Below, one piece after another: positions 17,942 through 27,062 of a DNA stretch of 51,194 nucleotides. Location: positions 1-51,194 of the forward strand of contig CAYWUT010000007.1 in assembly GCA_964460545.1 (NCBI GenBank). The letters run 5' to 3'. The DNA comes from an uncultured Spirochaetota bacterium (GTDB lineage: Bacteria > Spirochaetota > B62-G9 > DRHN01). A program made the translations under genes and the position numbers. The notes under the pieces were generated by a model that was not told where the DNA came from, did not search any database, and worked only from the letters and a program-made list of their open reading frames with translations. Numbering within the stretch: position 1 is the first letter of the stretch; every line of letters starts with the position of its first letter.

Positions 17942-20893
17942 ATGAAGAAAGATAAGCAGATAAAAACTGTCGACTATCAAGTTCTCTTTCAGAATGCACC
18001 TGATATGCTTTTTCTGCTCGATGAAGATTTGCACGTGCTCTTCGTCAATGAAACAGCTTCTGCAGCGCTTGGACTGGATAAGGGGGAAATCATGGGTTCG
18101 GATTTTCTCAGCCTTGTTTACAGTGCGGATCAAGACCTCATCCGGAGTATCGTTCACCCTGTTGATGAGAAGAACAATAACCACGAGTTCCGGCTGGTAC
18201 ACGGGAACGGATCGTTTTTCCGGGTATGCGGGACGTCGAGCAGGACGGTTGCCGGGGGTGAAGGAAGCCTGCTTGTTGCGTGCAGGGGTATGGATGACTA
18301 CTGGGATCTAGGGAATACGATCGAAGAGGGTGTGCGTCGTTTCCCTAACGTCTTCGAGTATTCCCCGGACGCTATATTCATCGAGGACATAAATCGGCGT
18401 ATACTCGATGTAAATCCGGCGGCCTGCCGCCTTCACGGAATGACGCGTGATGAGCTGATCGGTATGGACGCCGCGGACCTTGTGCCGCCGGAGTATCGCG
18501 ATCTCGTTGCGGATGATTTCACGCTGCTCGCAAAAGACAAGGTCGAGCACATCGAAAACTTCAGTATCGGACCGGACGGCAGCCCGATCCCGGTCGAGAT
18601 CCGTATGAGCAGGATCCTGTATAATAACCGTCAGGCCCTTCTCCTCCACGTTCGGGAAGTTAGACAAAAAAGAGAGGCGGAGGAGCAAATACGGGCGCTC
18701 GCAAGATTCCCGAATGAAAATCCAAACCCCGTTCTTCGTCTGCTGAATGACGGTACCCTGATATATGCGAACGAAGCGGCCCTGCTACTACTTGAAGAAT
18801 GGCAATGCAGTGTAAATGACAAGGCCCCCGTCCATGTTATTCGTCATGTGTACGATGCCTGTGAAAAAAAGAAAAGTATCGAACGTGAGATAATGTGCGG
18901 GGACCGCGTCTGTTCCCTCGTGTTTACGCCCGTCGAAGGTGAGGATTATGTAAACATCTACGGGCTCGATATTACGGAGCAGAAAAAAAGCAGGGAGGTT
19001 CAGCAGCGTCTCATCTCTCTCATAGAGAGCAGCAACGAGTTTATCGGACTGACCGACATGAAGGGAAGGGTCCTCTATCTCAATGAGGCGGGTATGAATC
19101 TCTGCGGCGTTGATACAATTAATGGAGATAAGTCCCTCACCATAGAGAATTTCGTACCGGAGGAGGGTAAGGCATACCTCCGCGACATCCTGATGTCGTC
19201 CCTTTTAAAAGACGGTCATTTTAAAACCCGCAAGTATATCAGACATTTGAAGACCGGTGAGCGTATCGATGTTGAGATAAATGTCTTCCTGATAAATGAC
19301 GGAGGGGGGAATCCCACTCACATCGCAGTCGTCATAAACGATATACGCGACCGGATAAGAAGGGAACGCGAGATAAGGGAAACCGAGGAGAGGTTCAGGA
19401 GGCTTGTCGGGACTGCGCCCATAGGCATCCTCCTTGCCGACTCCACCGCGAATATCCTCGTTGTGAACGATGCATGCGCGCAAATTTTCGGATATTCCGT
19501 ACAGCAGATGAAGGAAAACAATTTTCTGGACCTGATACCCGAAGATTCCCGTGAGCTGGCGCTCGATATTCGCGAGAAGCTCAACAGCGGTTCCGATATG
19601 CGCAACAGGGAATTCCTGATTACGAAACAGGATGGAGGAAACGTTCCTGTTGAGGTGTCCGTGTCCACGATAAGGGATGAGAAAGAAAAGGTTACAAACT
19701 ATATCGCGCTCATTCGTGATATTTCCCAGCGAAATGAGCTCCAGCGCCAGCTCAACCAGTCCCAGAAGATGGAGGCGGTCGGTTTGCTCGCGGGTGGTGT
19801 GGCACACGACTTCAATAATATTCTGAGCGTCATCATCGGGTATAGTGATTTTATACTTACAAAACTCGATGATGATGATACGCTGTCTCCCTTTGTACAG
19901 GAGATCAGAAAGGCCGGAAACAGGGCGGCATCTCTCACCCACCAGCTTCTCGCGTTCAGCAGGCGTCAGATGTTGAGATCCAGGGTGCTCGATCTCAATG
20001 TACTCGTTTCGGATATGGAGAAAATGCTCCAACGTCTCATCGGCGAGGACGTCGAGCTCATTACCAATTTGGACGGATCGGTGAGCAAGCTGAAGGCGGA
20101 CCACGGCCAGATCGAGCAGATCGTCATGAACCTTGCGGTGAACGCACGTGACGCGATGCCCGAGGGCGGAATCCTGACCATAAAGACGGAAAACAGGACG
20201 GTGGACGAGGAACACTGCAGGGTCGTCCCCGATGCATCCACGGGCGTTTTCGTGCTCCTTTCCCTGTCGGACACGGGTTTTGGCATGGCGGACGATGTAA
20301 GCGCGCATATATTCGAACCCTTTTTCACAACCAAGAGAGAGGGAGGAACCGGCCTCGGTCTCTCAGTCACCTATGGTATCGCCAAACAGCACGGAGGTTG
20401 GATTGAAGTCAGAAGCACTCCCGGCAAGGGCTCCACATTCGAAGTGTACCTGCCCGCGTTGCTGCATGAGGAAGCGGAAGAGGTCGTAATCGATATTCCG
20501 GACGATACCGTTCGCGGAAAGGGAGAGCGGATACTCGTGGTTGAGGATGAGGATATGCTTCGTACCTTCGCACAGGGCGCGCTCTCGGACAAGGGTTATT
20601 CGGTCCTGACAGCGTCATCCTATAGTCAGGGAATCGATCTGTTCAGGAAAGAGGAGGGCCGTTTTGATCTTGTTTTCAGTGATGTGGTCCTTCCTGATAA
20701 AACGGGTCTCGACCTCGTAAACGAATGCAGGTCGATCAAACCATCCGTCAAGGTACTTCTTACAAGCGGCTATCTCGACCAGAAGTCGCAGTGGAACGAG
20801 ATCAGGAACCGCGGGTACCGGTTCATGGAGAAGCCCTATTCGCTCGTTGAAATGTTTTCCACAATCGATGATTTGCTGAGAAATCAAGTGTAA
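17942..20893 (+). CDS. Cytoplasmic hybrid sensor histidine kinase (about 5 PAS, HisKA, HATPase, REC)
   Basis: Repeated PAS starts (APDMLF, SPDAIF, NPNPVL, SNEFIG, APIGIL); AHDFNN H-box; NLAVNARDAM; DTGFG; FEPFFTTK; GTGLGL; VVEDE...SDVVLP receiver. Confidence 0.93.
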   Translation: MKKDKQIKTVDYQVLFQNAPDMLFLLDEDLHVLFVNETASAALGLDKGEIMGSDFLSLVYSADQDLIRSIVHPVDEKNNNHEFRLVHGNGSFFRVCGTSSRTVAGGEGSLLVACRGMDDYWDLGNTIEEGVRRFPNVFEYSPDAIFIEDINRRILDVNPAACRLHGMTRDELIGMDAADLVPPEYRDLVADDFTLLAKDKVEHIENFSIGPDGSPIPVEIRMSRILYNNRQALLLHVREVRQKREAEEQIRALARFPNENPNPVLRLLNDGTLIYANEAALLLLEEWQCSVNDKAPVHVIRHVYDACEKKKSIEREIMCGDRVCSLVFTPVEGEDYVNIYGLDITEQKKSREVQQRLISLIESSNEFIGLTDMKGRVLYLNEAGMNLCGVDTINGDKSLTIENFVPEEGKAYLRDILMSSLLKDGHFKTRKYIRHLKTGERIDVEINVFLINDGGGNPTHIAVVINDIRDRIRREREIRETEERFRRLVGTAPIGILLADSTANILVVNDACAQIFGYSVQQMKENNFLDLIPEDSRELALDIREKLNSGSDMRNREFLITKQDGGNVPVEVSVSTIRDEKEKVTNYIALIRDISQRNELQRQLNQSQKMEAVGLLAGGVAHDFNNILSVIIGYSDFILTKLDDDDTLSPFVQEIRKAGNRAASLTHQLLAFSRRQMLRSRVLDLNVLVSDMEKMLQRLIGEDVELITNLDGSVSKLKADHGQIEQIVMNLAVNARDAMPEGGILTIKTENRTVDEEHCRVVPDASTGVFVLLSLSDTGFGMADDVSAHIFEPFFTTKREGGTGLGLSVTYGIAKQHGGWIEVRSTPGKGSTFEVYLPALLHEEAEEVVIDIPDDTVRGKGERILVVEDEDMLRTFAQGALSDKGYSVLTASSYSQGIDLFRKEEGRFDLVFSDVVLPDKTGLDLVNECRSIKPSVKVLLTSGYLDQKSQWNEIRNRGYRFMEKPYSLVEMFSTIDDLLRNQV

Positions 20894-20997
20894 AGCAGCG
20901 GGAATGCTTCCGTACGGAATGAAATCATTTACTCCATCCCGGTTGCCGGGCTATAATGGAACGGTAAGGTGGTATGAAAAGCCTTGAGGGGGTTCCC

Positions 20998-21735
20998 ATG
21001 GACCGGAAACAGTTCAGAAAACTGCTCATTGCCGCCGTGCTCTCGGCATTTGCCGGAGGAGCATTGACGGGACTTGTTCTCAACGCGCAGGTTGCTTTTG
21101 GACAGCTTCGGGAAAAGGTGATCAGGGCCGAGAGCTTCCAGATCGTCGACGGGGAGGGGAGGGTCGTTTCCGAATTCGGCACGGGGTCGGACGGCTCGAC
21201 CAGGATCGGTTTCTGGGACAAAAACGGTCTCTACCGTGCCGGTTTCGGGATATTCGAAAACGGTGACGGCGCGCTCACCTTTTATGATGATGAGGGGAAT
21301 GCGGTTTCCGAGTACGGTATAGCACCGGACGGCATCGTCAGGATGGGTTTCTGGGATAAGGCCGGATCGTTCAGGGCCGGTCTCGGCATGTATGTAAACG
21401 GTGACGGCGCGCTTACCTTTTATGACCGTTCCGGACGGCCGGTTACGGAATACGGCGTCAATCCCGAGGGGGAAGTCCTCATCAGCTTCTGGAGTGAAGA
21501 GGGTATAAGCAGGGCCGCTCTCGGAGTTTACGGGGAGAACGATACCGCACTCACCTTCTACGATCGGGAGGGGAGGGCCGTTTCCGAGTACGGTATCGCG
21601 CCTGACGGTTCCTCCAGGATCGGCTACTGGGATGAAAGCGGGCTTTACAGGGCCTTTTTCGGCAGTATGGGGGAAACGGATAACACCCTTACCTTCTTCG
21701 ATGAAGAGGGAACGGCCCTGTGGAGTAAGCCGTAA
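20998..21735 (+). CDS. Exported/membrane-anchored protein built from four 46-aa beta-rich repeats
   Basis: Hydrophobic N-terminus; repeats start at 21172, 21310, 21448, 21586 (138-bp period); GAGGGG RBS before ATG 20998. Confidence 0.8.
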   Translation: MDRKQFRKLLIAAVLSAFAGGALTGLVLNAQVAFGQLREKVIRAESFQIVDGEGRVVSEFGTGSDGSTRIGFWDKNGLYRAGFGIFENGDGALTFYDDEGNAVSEYGIAPDGIVRMGFWDKAGSFRAGLGMYVNGDGALTFYDRSGRPVTEYGVNPEGEVLISFWSEEGISRAALGVYGENDTALTFYDREGRAVSEYGIAPDGSSRIGYWDESGLYRAFFGSMGETDNTLTFFDEEGTALWSKP

Positions 21736-21951
21736 TCGATGTTCCCTCAGGCAGTCTATTACTATAACCGTACGAACCGCTTTTTCACCGTAAGTCCGCA
21801 CAGAGAAGAGTCCTTCGCTATCCTCATTTATTTTAGCTGTCCTCCGCATCTTCGGACGACTATTGTTTTTTTATTAATCTCAAGTACTCACAGCGCGGAA
21901 GTATAACCGGGGGATTACCGGTAAAAAATACTGACAGGGATGAGGTTCGTG

Positions 21952-24900
21952 ATGAAAAAGATATTTGAATTCTTTGCCGGACGGCATATCCTTGCCACGC
22001 TCTTCACTATTTCCATCCTGCTGCTTGGAATAAATGCGCTTCGGGTGCTTAAGCGTGATATCATCCCGGAGGTGGATTTCGGACAGCTTATCATTACAAC
22101 CGTATATCCCGGCGCATCACCGGAGGACGTGGAGCTGAACGTAACGAACAAGATCGAGGATGAGCTGGGGGGCGTGACCGGTATCGAACGGGTCACCTCG
22201 ACCTCCATGGAAAATATGTCCGTCATTGAAGTTACCGTGGATATCGACGCAAAGGATATCGAGAAGGTCAAGAGCCGCATTCGTGAGGCGGTGGACAGGG
22301 TCACCGATCTGCCCGGGGAGGTGACCGCTTCTCCCCTGATAGAGGAGGTCGACACCTCCCAGATATCGATTATCGAAGTCGGAGTTGCCGGTGATATTCC
22401 CTATGGGGAGCTGCGCGAAATAGCGAGGCGGTTTGAGCGGAAGCTCAAGGAGGTTTCCGGTGTTTCTAAGGTCGGAAAATACGGATACCGGGCGCGGGAG
22501 ATACAGGTCGAAGTCAATCCCGCCCGGCTCGATCGTTACCAGATCCCGTTTTCAGAGATTATCCGTGCAATTCAAGCGCGCAACATTCGCCTAACGGGCG
22601 GCACCTTCGAATCCTTTACAAGTGAAAAAAACGTGGTCACCATGGCCCAGTTCCGCGAGCCTCAGGAGGTCGGAGACGTGATTGTCCGCTCCACCTTCGA
22701 CGGACCTCTTATCAGGGTAAGGGATCTGGCGATCGTGAAGGACGGTTTCGAGGACCCTGAGATCATTTCACGGGTGAACGGTAAGGAGGCGATCTCGTTT
22801 CTCGTTTACAAGACATCGGATGCGGACATCATCAGGACCGTGCGCGCCGTAAAGAAGATGGTGCGGGAGGAATCGGGAAAGGGCCTGCTTGCAGGGTACA
22901 TAAGCGAAGAGGAGAAAAAGGGGAATTTCGATTTTCCCGGTTCCATTAAGCGAGTATTCGGCCTCGAGAGGAATGAGGGAGGGGTTTACAGGTACGGACC
23001 CGTTCAAATTATTTACGCGCAGGACCAGTCGATTCTGGTCCAGGACCGATATCAGATCGTTTTAACGAACGGTGCGGTGGGGCTCGTGCTTGTGATTCTC
23101 GTACTCACTTTCTTCCTCAATCTGCGCACCGCCTTCTGGGTGGCCATGGGAATCCCCATATCGATTACGGGCGTTTTTTTTCTTCTTCCCCTTTTCGGCG
23201 GCTTTCTCGATACCATATCGCTCGCGTCGCTTGTTCTCGTTATCGGCATCATCGTGGATGACGGTATTATCATTTCGGAAAATATATCCTACCGGCGATC
23301 CATGGGCGACGACCCGCTCCAGGCCGCCACAAACGGCGTAAACGGCGTTTTCCTCCCCGTGTTCACCACCGTGCTTACCACTTTCCTCGCTTTCGCACCC
23401 ATGCTGTTCGCCAAGGGTGTGGTGGGTAAGTTCGTCTTTGTCATACCGCTCACCGTAAGCCTCGCGCTCTTCATATCGCTCGGGGAGGCGCTTTTTGCCC
23501 TTCCAGCGCATTTAAAGCACGGGTTGGAGCGGTCCACAAAGGGTGCGGCTCGCCAGGCGGTACGCCAGTGGTTCAACGGGCTCAGGTCTTTCTACCGGAA
23601 GATTGCGGTCGTTTTTCTCAAGTTCCGGTATCCCCTCGTCGTACTTTTTATCGCAGTGCTCGGCTTAGCCCTCTACTATGCGCGGTCCAATATGGAGTTT
23701 CTCCTCTTTCCCTCCTCCGGGGCAGACACGCTGATCGTGGAGATCGAACTTCCGACGGGATCTCCGCTGGCATTGACCTCGGAGAAGACGAAGGAACTGG
23801 AGCGGATCGTACAGTCACTGCCGGAAAGCGAGCTCCAAACATTCGTTACTCGAATCGGTACGCTCGAATCGGTGCAGGGGAGGGCTGAGAACTACGCGCA
23901 TCTCGTGGTCGGCCTCACGCCGTATACGGAAAGAGTCCGAACCGCCGACGATATCGTGGAGGCGCTCAGAAGGGATTCGGACGGGCTTGAGGGCTTCGAG
24001 CGGATCAATTTCATGGTGCTTCGGCAGGGACCGCCCGTGGGCAAGCCCATAACGCTCCGGGTGACCGGGGCCGACGACGGGCGGCGGGCCGAGGTCGTTG
24101 ACAGGGTGGTGGAATACCTCGGTTCCGTGGATGGGGTGAAGGACATCGACCGGGACGATAAGAAGGGAAAGGAAGAGATACGCGTCAACATAAATTACCG
24201 GCGGCTTGCCCAACTCGGGCTGACGGTCGCTGACGTGGCGAGCAACGTCCGGTACGCCTACGACGGACAGGTCGTTACGTCACTTCGGGACGGCGACGAA
24301 GATATCGATTTCCGTATACGGCTCATGGAGAAGGCGCGCAAGGACACCGGGTATTTAAAAAACCTCGTTGTTCCCAACAACCGGGGACGGCTTATAAAGT
24401 TGAAAGAGTTCGCTTTACTCGAAACGGCGGCGGGGCTCAACACGATCAAACACTTCGACAACATACGAACGACAACCGTGACCGCGGACGTCAATCAGGA
24501 TGTCACGACGCCGGTCGCGGTCGTGGTGCCCCTCCTGCGAAATCTGAACGTCGATGAGGATTATCCCGGAATCACCCTTACCGCGGGCGGGGAAGCCGAG
24601 GAGAGCATGGAATCATTCATGACGCTTTTTCTCACTTTTATCATCGCCTTCATCGGGATATATTTTCTGCTGATACTGCTTTTCAACTCTTTTACCCAGC
24701 CCTTCCTCGTGCTCGCGGCCATTCCGTTCGGTATTGTGGGGGTTATATTTGCGCTCGCCATTCATCGTGAACCGCTCAGCTTCATTGCCATTATCGGGAC
24801 CATCGGCCTGGCCGGCGTTGTGGTGAACGATTCTCTCGTGCTCGTCAGTCATCTGAACGATCTGAAGAAGGATAAACCGGACATGCCCATGCGCGACCTG

Positions 24901-25134
24901 GTCGCGCGCGGCACATCCGACCGGCTTCGCGCCATTATCCTCACCACGCTCACCACGGTGGCCGGGGTGCTCCCCCTTGCGTATGGTATAGGTGGAACGG
25001 ATTATTTTATCTCGCCCATGGCCCTTACACTCGGGTACGGTCTTCTCTTTGCCACACCTTTGACCCTCGTTCTCGTACCCTGCCTCTATCTTATATGGGA
25101 CGATATCGGGAGGGTTTTCCGGAAGAAAGGGTGA
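21952..25134 (+). CDS. RND efflux permease (AcrB/AcrD/AcrF-like)
   Basis: YPGASPEDVE, IGIIVDDGIIISENI (TM4 DD), GVVVNDS, RLRAIILTTLTT; two sets of TM helices; GAGGT RBS favours ATG 21952 over 21940. Confidence 0.93.
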   Translation: MKKIFEFFAGRHILATLFTISILLLGINALRVLKRDIIPEVDFGQLIITTVYPGASPEDVELNVTNKIEDELGGVTGIERVTSTSMENMSVIEVTVDIDAKDIEKVKSRIREAVDRVTDLPGEVTASPLIEEVDTSQISIIEVGVAGDIPYGELREIARRFERKLKEVSGVSKVGKYGYRAREIQVEVNPARLDRYQIPFSEIIRAIQARNIRLTGGTFESFTSEKNVVTMAQFREPQEVGDVIVRSTFDGPLIRVRDLAIVKDGFEDPEIISRVNGKEAISFLVYKTSDADIIRTVRAVKKMVREESGKGLLAGYISEEEKKGNFDFPGSIKRVFGLERNEGGVYRYGPVQIIYAQDQSILVQDRYQIVLTNGAVGLVLVILVLTFFLNLRTAFWVAMGIPISITGVFFLLPLFGGFLDTISLASLVLVIGIIVDDGIIISENISYRRSMGDDPLQAATNGVNGVFLPVFTTVLTTFLAFAPMLFAKGVVGKFVFVIPLTVSLALFISLGEALFALPAHLKHGLERSTKGAARQAVRQWFNGLRSFYRKIAVVFLKFRYPLVVLFIAVLGLALYYARSNMEFLLFPSSGADTLIVEIELPTGSPLALTSEKTKELERIVQSLPESELQTFVTRIGTLESVQGRAENYAHLVVGLTPYTERVRTADDIVEALRRDSDGLEGFERINFMVLRQGPPVGKPITLRVTGADDGRRAEVVDRVVEYLGSVDGVKDIDRDDKKGKEEIRVNINYRRLAQLGLTVADVASNVRYAYDGQVVTSLRDGDEDIDFRIRLMEKARKDTGYLKNLVVPNNRGRLIKLKEFALLETAAGLNTIKHFDNIRTTTVTADVNQDVTTPVAVVVPLLRNLNVDEDYPGITLTAGGEAEESMESFMTLFLTFIIAFIGIYFLLILLFNSFTQPFLVLAAIPFGIVGVIFALAIHREPLSFIAIIGTIGLAGVVVNDSLVLVSHLNDLKKDKPDMPMRDLVARGTSDRLRAIILTTLTTVAGVLPLAYGIGGTDYFISPMALTLGYGLLFATPLTLVLVPCLYLIWDDIGRVFRKKG

Positions 25135-25159
25135 AGGCGGGCTTTATAAGTCTTATAAC

Positions 25160-25188
25160 TTGACATCCGGGTTCAGAGGTATTAATAT
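25160..25188 (+). promoter_or_regulatory. Sigma70-type promoter of the Moco operon
   Basis: TTGACA, 17 nt, TAATAT. Confidence 0.7.
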
Positions 25189-25194
25189 CCAAAA

Positions 25195-25217
25195 CGTTAT
25201 TCATTTTCTGAATAACG
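25195..25217. promoter_or_regulatory. ModE-type operator palindrome
   Basis: CGTTATTCA-TTTTC-TGAATAACG, perfect 9-bp arms; CGTTAT-N11-ATAACG spacing resembles ModE boxes; abuts the RBS of the modE-like gene. Confidence 0.7.
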
Positions 25218-25221
25218 AGGG

Positions 25222-25563
25222 ATGGTCTTCAGAGTGGATGACCTTGTGGTCAAGTCGAAGGTCTGGTTCGAGAAATCCGGAAAGCCCGTATTCGGCGAGG
25301 GAAGGTACCGTATACTCAAAGCGGTGGAAACGGGCGGTTCGATCTCGGCGGCGGCCCGCGCGCTCGGCATGTCTTTCAGGGACGTCTGGTACAGCGTGGA
25401 CCGCGCGGAGAAGAACCTCGGCGTTCGGCTTCTCGTCCGAACGAGAGGGGGAAGGGGAGGGGGCCGTTCACATCTCACCGGCGATGCGAGGTTCCTCATC
25501 GGTGAGTATGAACGCGTACTCAGGGAGCGGGCCGGGTCTCCGAACCGGGTGGTACGGGAATAA
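25222..25563 (+). CDS. modE: ModE-family winged-helix regulator, DNA-binding domain only
   Basis: GEGRYRILKAVETGGSISAAARALGMSF...LG..LLVRTRGG.GGG.S.LT; no Mop/TOBE domain. Confidence 0.8.
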   Translation: MVFRVDDLVVKSKVWFEKSGKPVFGEGRYRILKAVETGGSISAAARALGMSFRDVWYSVDRAEKNLGVRLLVRTRGGRGGGRSHLTGDARFLIGEYERVLRERAGSPNRVVRE

Positions 25564-25567
25564 GCCA

Positions 25568-26761
25568 ATGATACCAATGGAAGAGGCGGTTCGTATTATC
25601 AGGGAGAATACAAGTACGCTCCCTGTCCGGCGGGCGGATCTGGAAGACGGGTCGGGGCTCGTTCTTGCGGAGGACGTTAAGTCCGATATTGATATACCGC
25701 CCTTTGACAAGGCCGCGATGGACGGGTATGCGGTACGAGCGGACGATATTCCCGCTCCGCGAAGCTCTCTGAAACCGATCGATACGATCCCGGCCGGGAG
25801 CTCCAGGGGGAAGGTATATACAGTCGGGCCGCGCGAGTGCATACGAATCATGACGGGCGCGCCCGTTCCCCCGGGAGCGGATACGGTCGTCATGTTCGAG
25901 GAAGCAGAGGAAAACGGGGACGAGGTGCTGTTCGGGAAGGTACCGGTAAAGGGTCATAATATATGCAGGCGGGGCGAGGATGCGAGGTCCGGATCGGTCG
26001 TGTTGAGCGCCGGGACCCGTATCGCGGAACCCGAGATCGCGGCACTTGCCTCTGTCGGTAAAATCCGTATTCGGGTGTTCAAGAGGCCGGAGGTGGGCGT
26101 GCTCGTTACGGGCAATGAGATAGTTACTGCTGATAAAACCCCCGGCCCCGGCAGTATAAGGGATGCAAACGGTCCGCTGCTCGGTTCGCTTCTCAGGTCT
26201 TCGGGATGCGACGTTGCTCGGCTGGGAATAGGCAGGGACAGCAGGGAGGTGCTTCGCGAACATATCGAGCGGGGCCTGCGGTACGATTTTCTGCTCGTCT
26301 CGGGCGGCGTTTCCGCCGGCGATTTCGATCTCGTGCCCTCAGTTCTGGAGGAGCTCGGGGCGGTGATCCACTTCCACAAGGTCAGGGTGAAACCGGGAAA
26401 GCCCCTCCTTTTTGCAGAGAGGGGGGAGTGCAGGATATTCGGCATTCCGGGGAATCCCGTTTCCAACCTGGTCGGCTTTCATCTCTTCATCAAGCCGGCC
26501 ATTAGAAAATGCATGGGGATAAAGGATCACGGGCCTGAGTTTCAGGATGCCGTCATCGAGAGGGATTTCGAACGGAAGGGGAAAAGAACGCTCATTGTGC
26601 CCTCGATCTGCGATTTCAGCGGGACGTACAGAGTGCGGCCCTTAATCTTGAACGGTTCGGCGGACATCATAGGGTGTTCCGGGTGTACCTGCTTCACCAT
26701 TATTGACGGTCCCGAGCGGACTGTGAAAAAGGGAGAGGTCGTAAAAATCCTCCTCATCTGA
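25568..26761 (+). CDS. moeA: Molybdopterin molybdenumtransferase
   Basis: PPFDKAAMDGYAV, IMTGAPVPPGADTVV, VTGNE, SGGVSAGDFD, KPGKP, PGNPVS; ATG 25568 inside track ORF 25160. Confidence 0.93.
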   Translation: MIPMEEAVRIIRENTSTLPVRRADLEDGSGLVLAEDVKSDIDIPPFDKAAMDGYAVRADDIPAPRSSLKPIDTIPAGSSRGKVYTVGPRECIRIMTGAPVPPGADTVVMFEEAEENGDEVLFGKVPVKGHNICRRGEDARSGSVVLSAGTRIAEPEIAALASVGKIRIRVFKRPEVGVLVTGNEIVTADKTPGPGSIRDANGPLLGSLLRSSGCDVARLGIGRDSREVLREHIERGLRYDFLLVSGGVSAGDFDLVPSVLEELGAVIHFHKVRVKPGKPLLFAERGECRIFGIPGNPVSNLVGFHLFIKPAIRKCMGIKDHGPEFQDAVIERDFERKGKRTLIVPSICDFSGTYRVRPLILNGSADIIGCSGCTCFTIIDGPERTVKKGEVVKILLI

Positions 26762-26781
26762 GGTGGCGACGGTGATGAGGT

Positions 26782-26821
26782 GGTGACAGTTCCTTTTGTG
26801 ACAGTTCCTTTAGGGACAGTT
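26782..26821. repeat. Dispersed GTGACAGTTCC REP-like element, copy 1
   Basis: GGTGACAGTTCCTTTTGTGACAGTTCC (27 nt) is the exact reverse complement of 33781-33807; a third degenerate unit GGGACAGTT follows. Confidence 0.8.
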
Positions 26822-26859
26822 ATCATATTCGGGTATTACACTGTGGAATGGAGGAATCC

Positions 26860-27036
26860 ATGGAGGATCGGCACTACACTGTAGAGCTCGCGGTAGACGG
26901 TAAAAAGATCGGCTTGAACAAATTCGTGCGTTCCGTCTTTATCAATGTGACGACCGGCATGGTCCTGCCGCTCAAGAACATCGGCGAGCCGGAAGAGATA
27001 GTGGTCCGGCTGAAGCGGACGCCTGAAAACGGCTGA
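26860..27036 (+). CDS. Small protein resembling the C-terminal extension domain of MobB
   Basis: GGAGG RBS; VELAVDGKKIGLNKFVRSVFINVTTGMVLPLK pattern, recalled from MobB C-termini (not searched). Confidence 0.6.
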   Translation: MEDRHYTVELAVDGKKIGLNKFVRSVFINVTTGMVLPLKNIGEPEEIVVRLKRTPENG

Positions 27037-27062
27037 AACCATAACTCGTCTGGAGAAAACCG

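Noticed and set aside
17942-20893. Orphan multi-PAS hybrid kinase as a novel system
   Set aside because: Common architecture, catalytic motifs intact, no distinctive neighbours
9734-25134. Genomic island integrated at tRNA-Arg
   Set aside because: Accessory-looking genes follow the tRNA, but I found no integrase or transposase and no duplicate of the tRNA 3' end (att site) in the window
25160-25567. 136-aa N-terminal extension of MoeA suggested by the ORF track
   Set aside because: Its TTG start is the -35 box and it overlaps the modE-like gene; MoeA homology begins at ATG 25568
26782-26821. CRISPR mini-array from repeated GTGACAGTTCC units (also the 45344 repeats)
   Set aside because: Units are too short, there are no unique spacers and no cas genes; the 45344 repeats are in-frame coding
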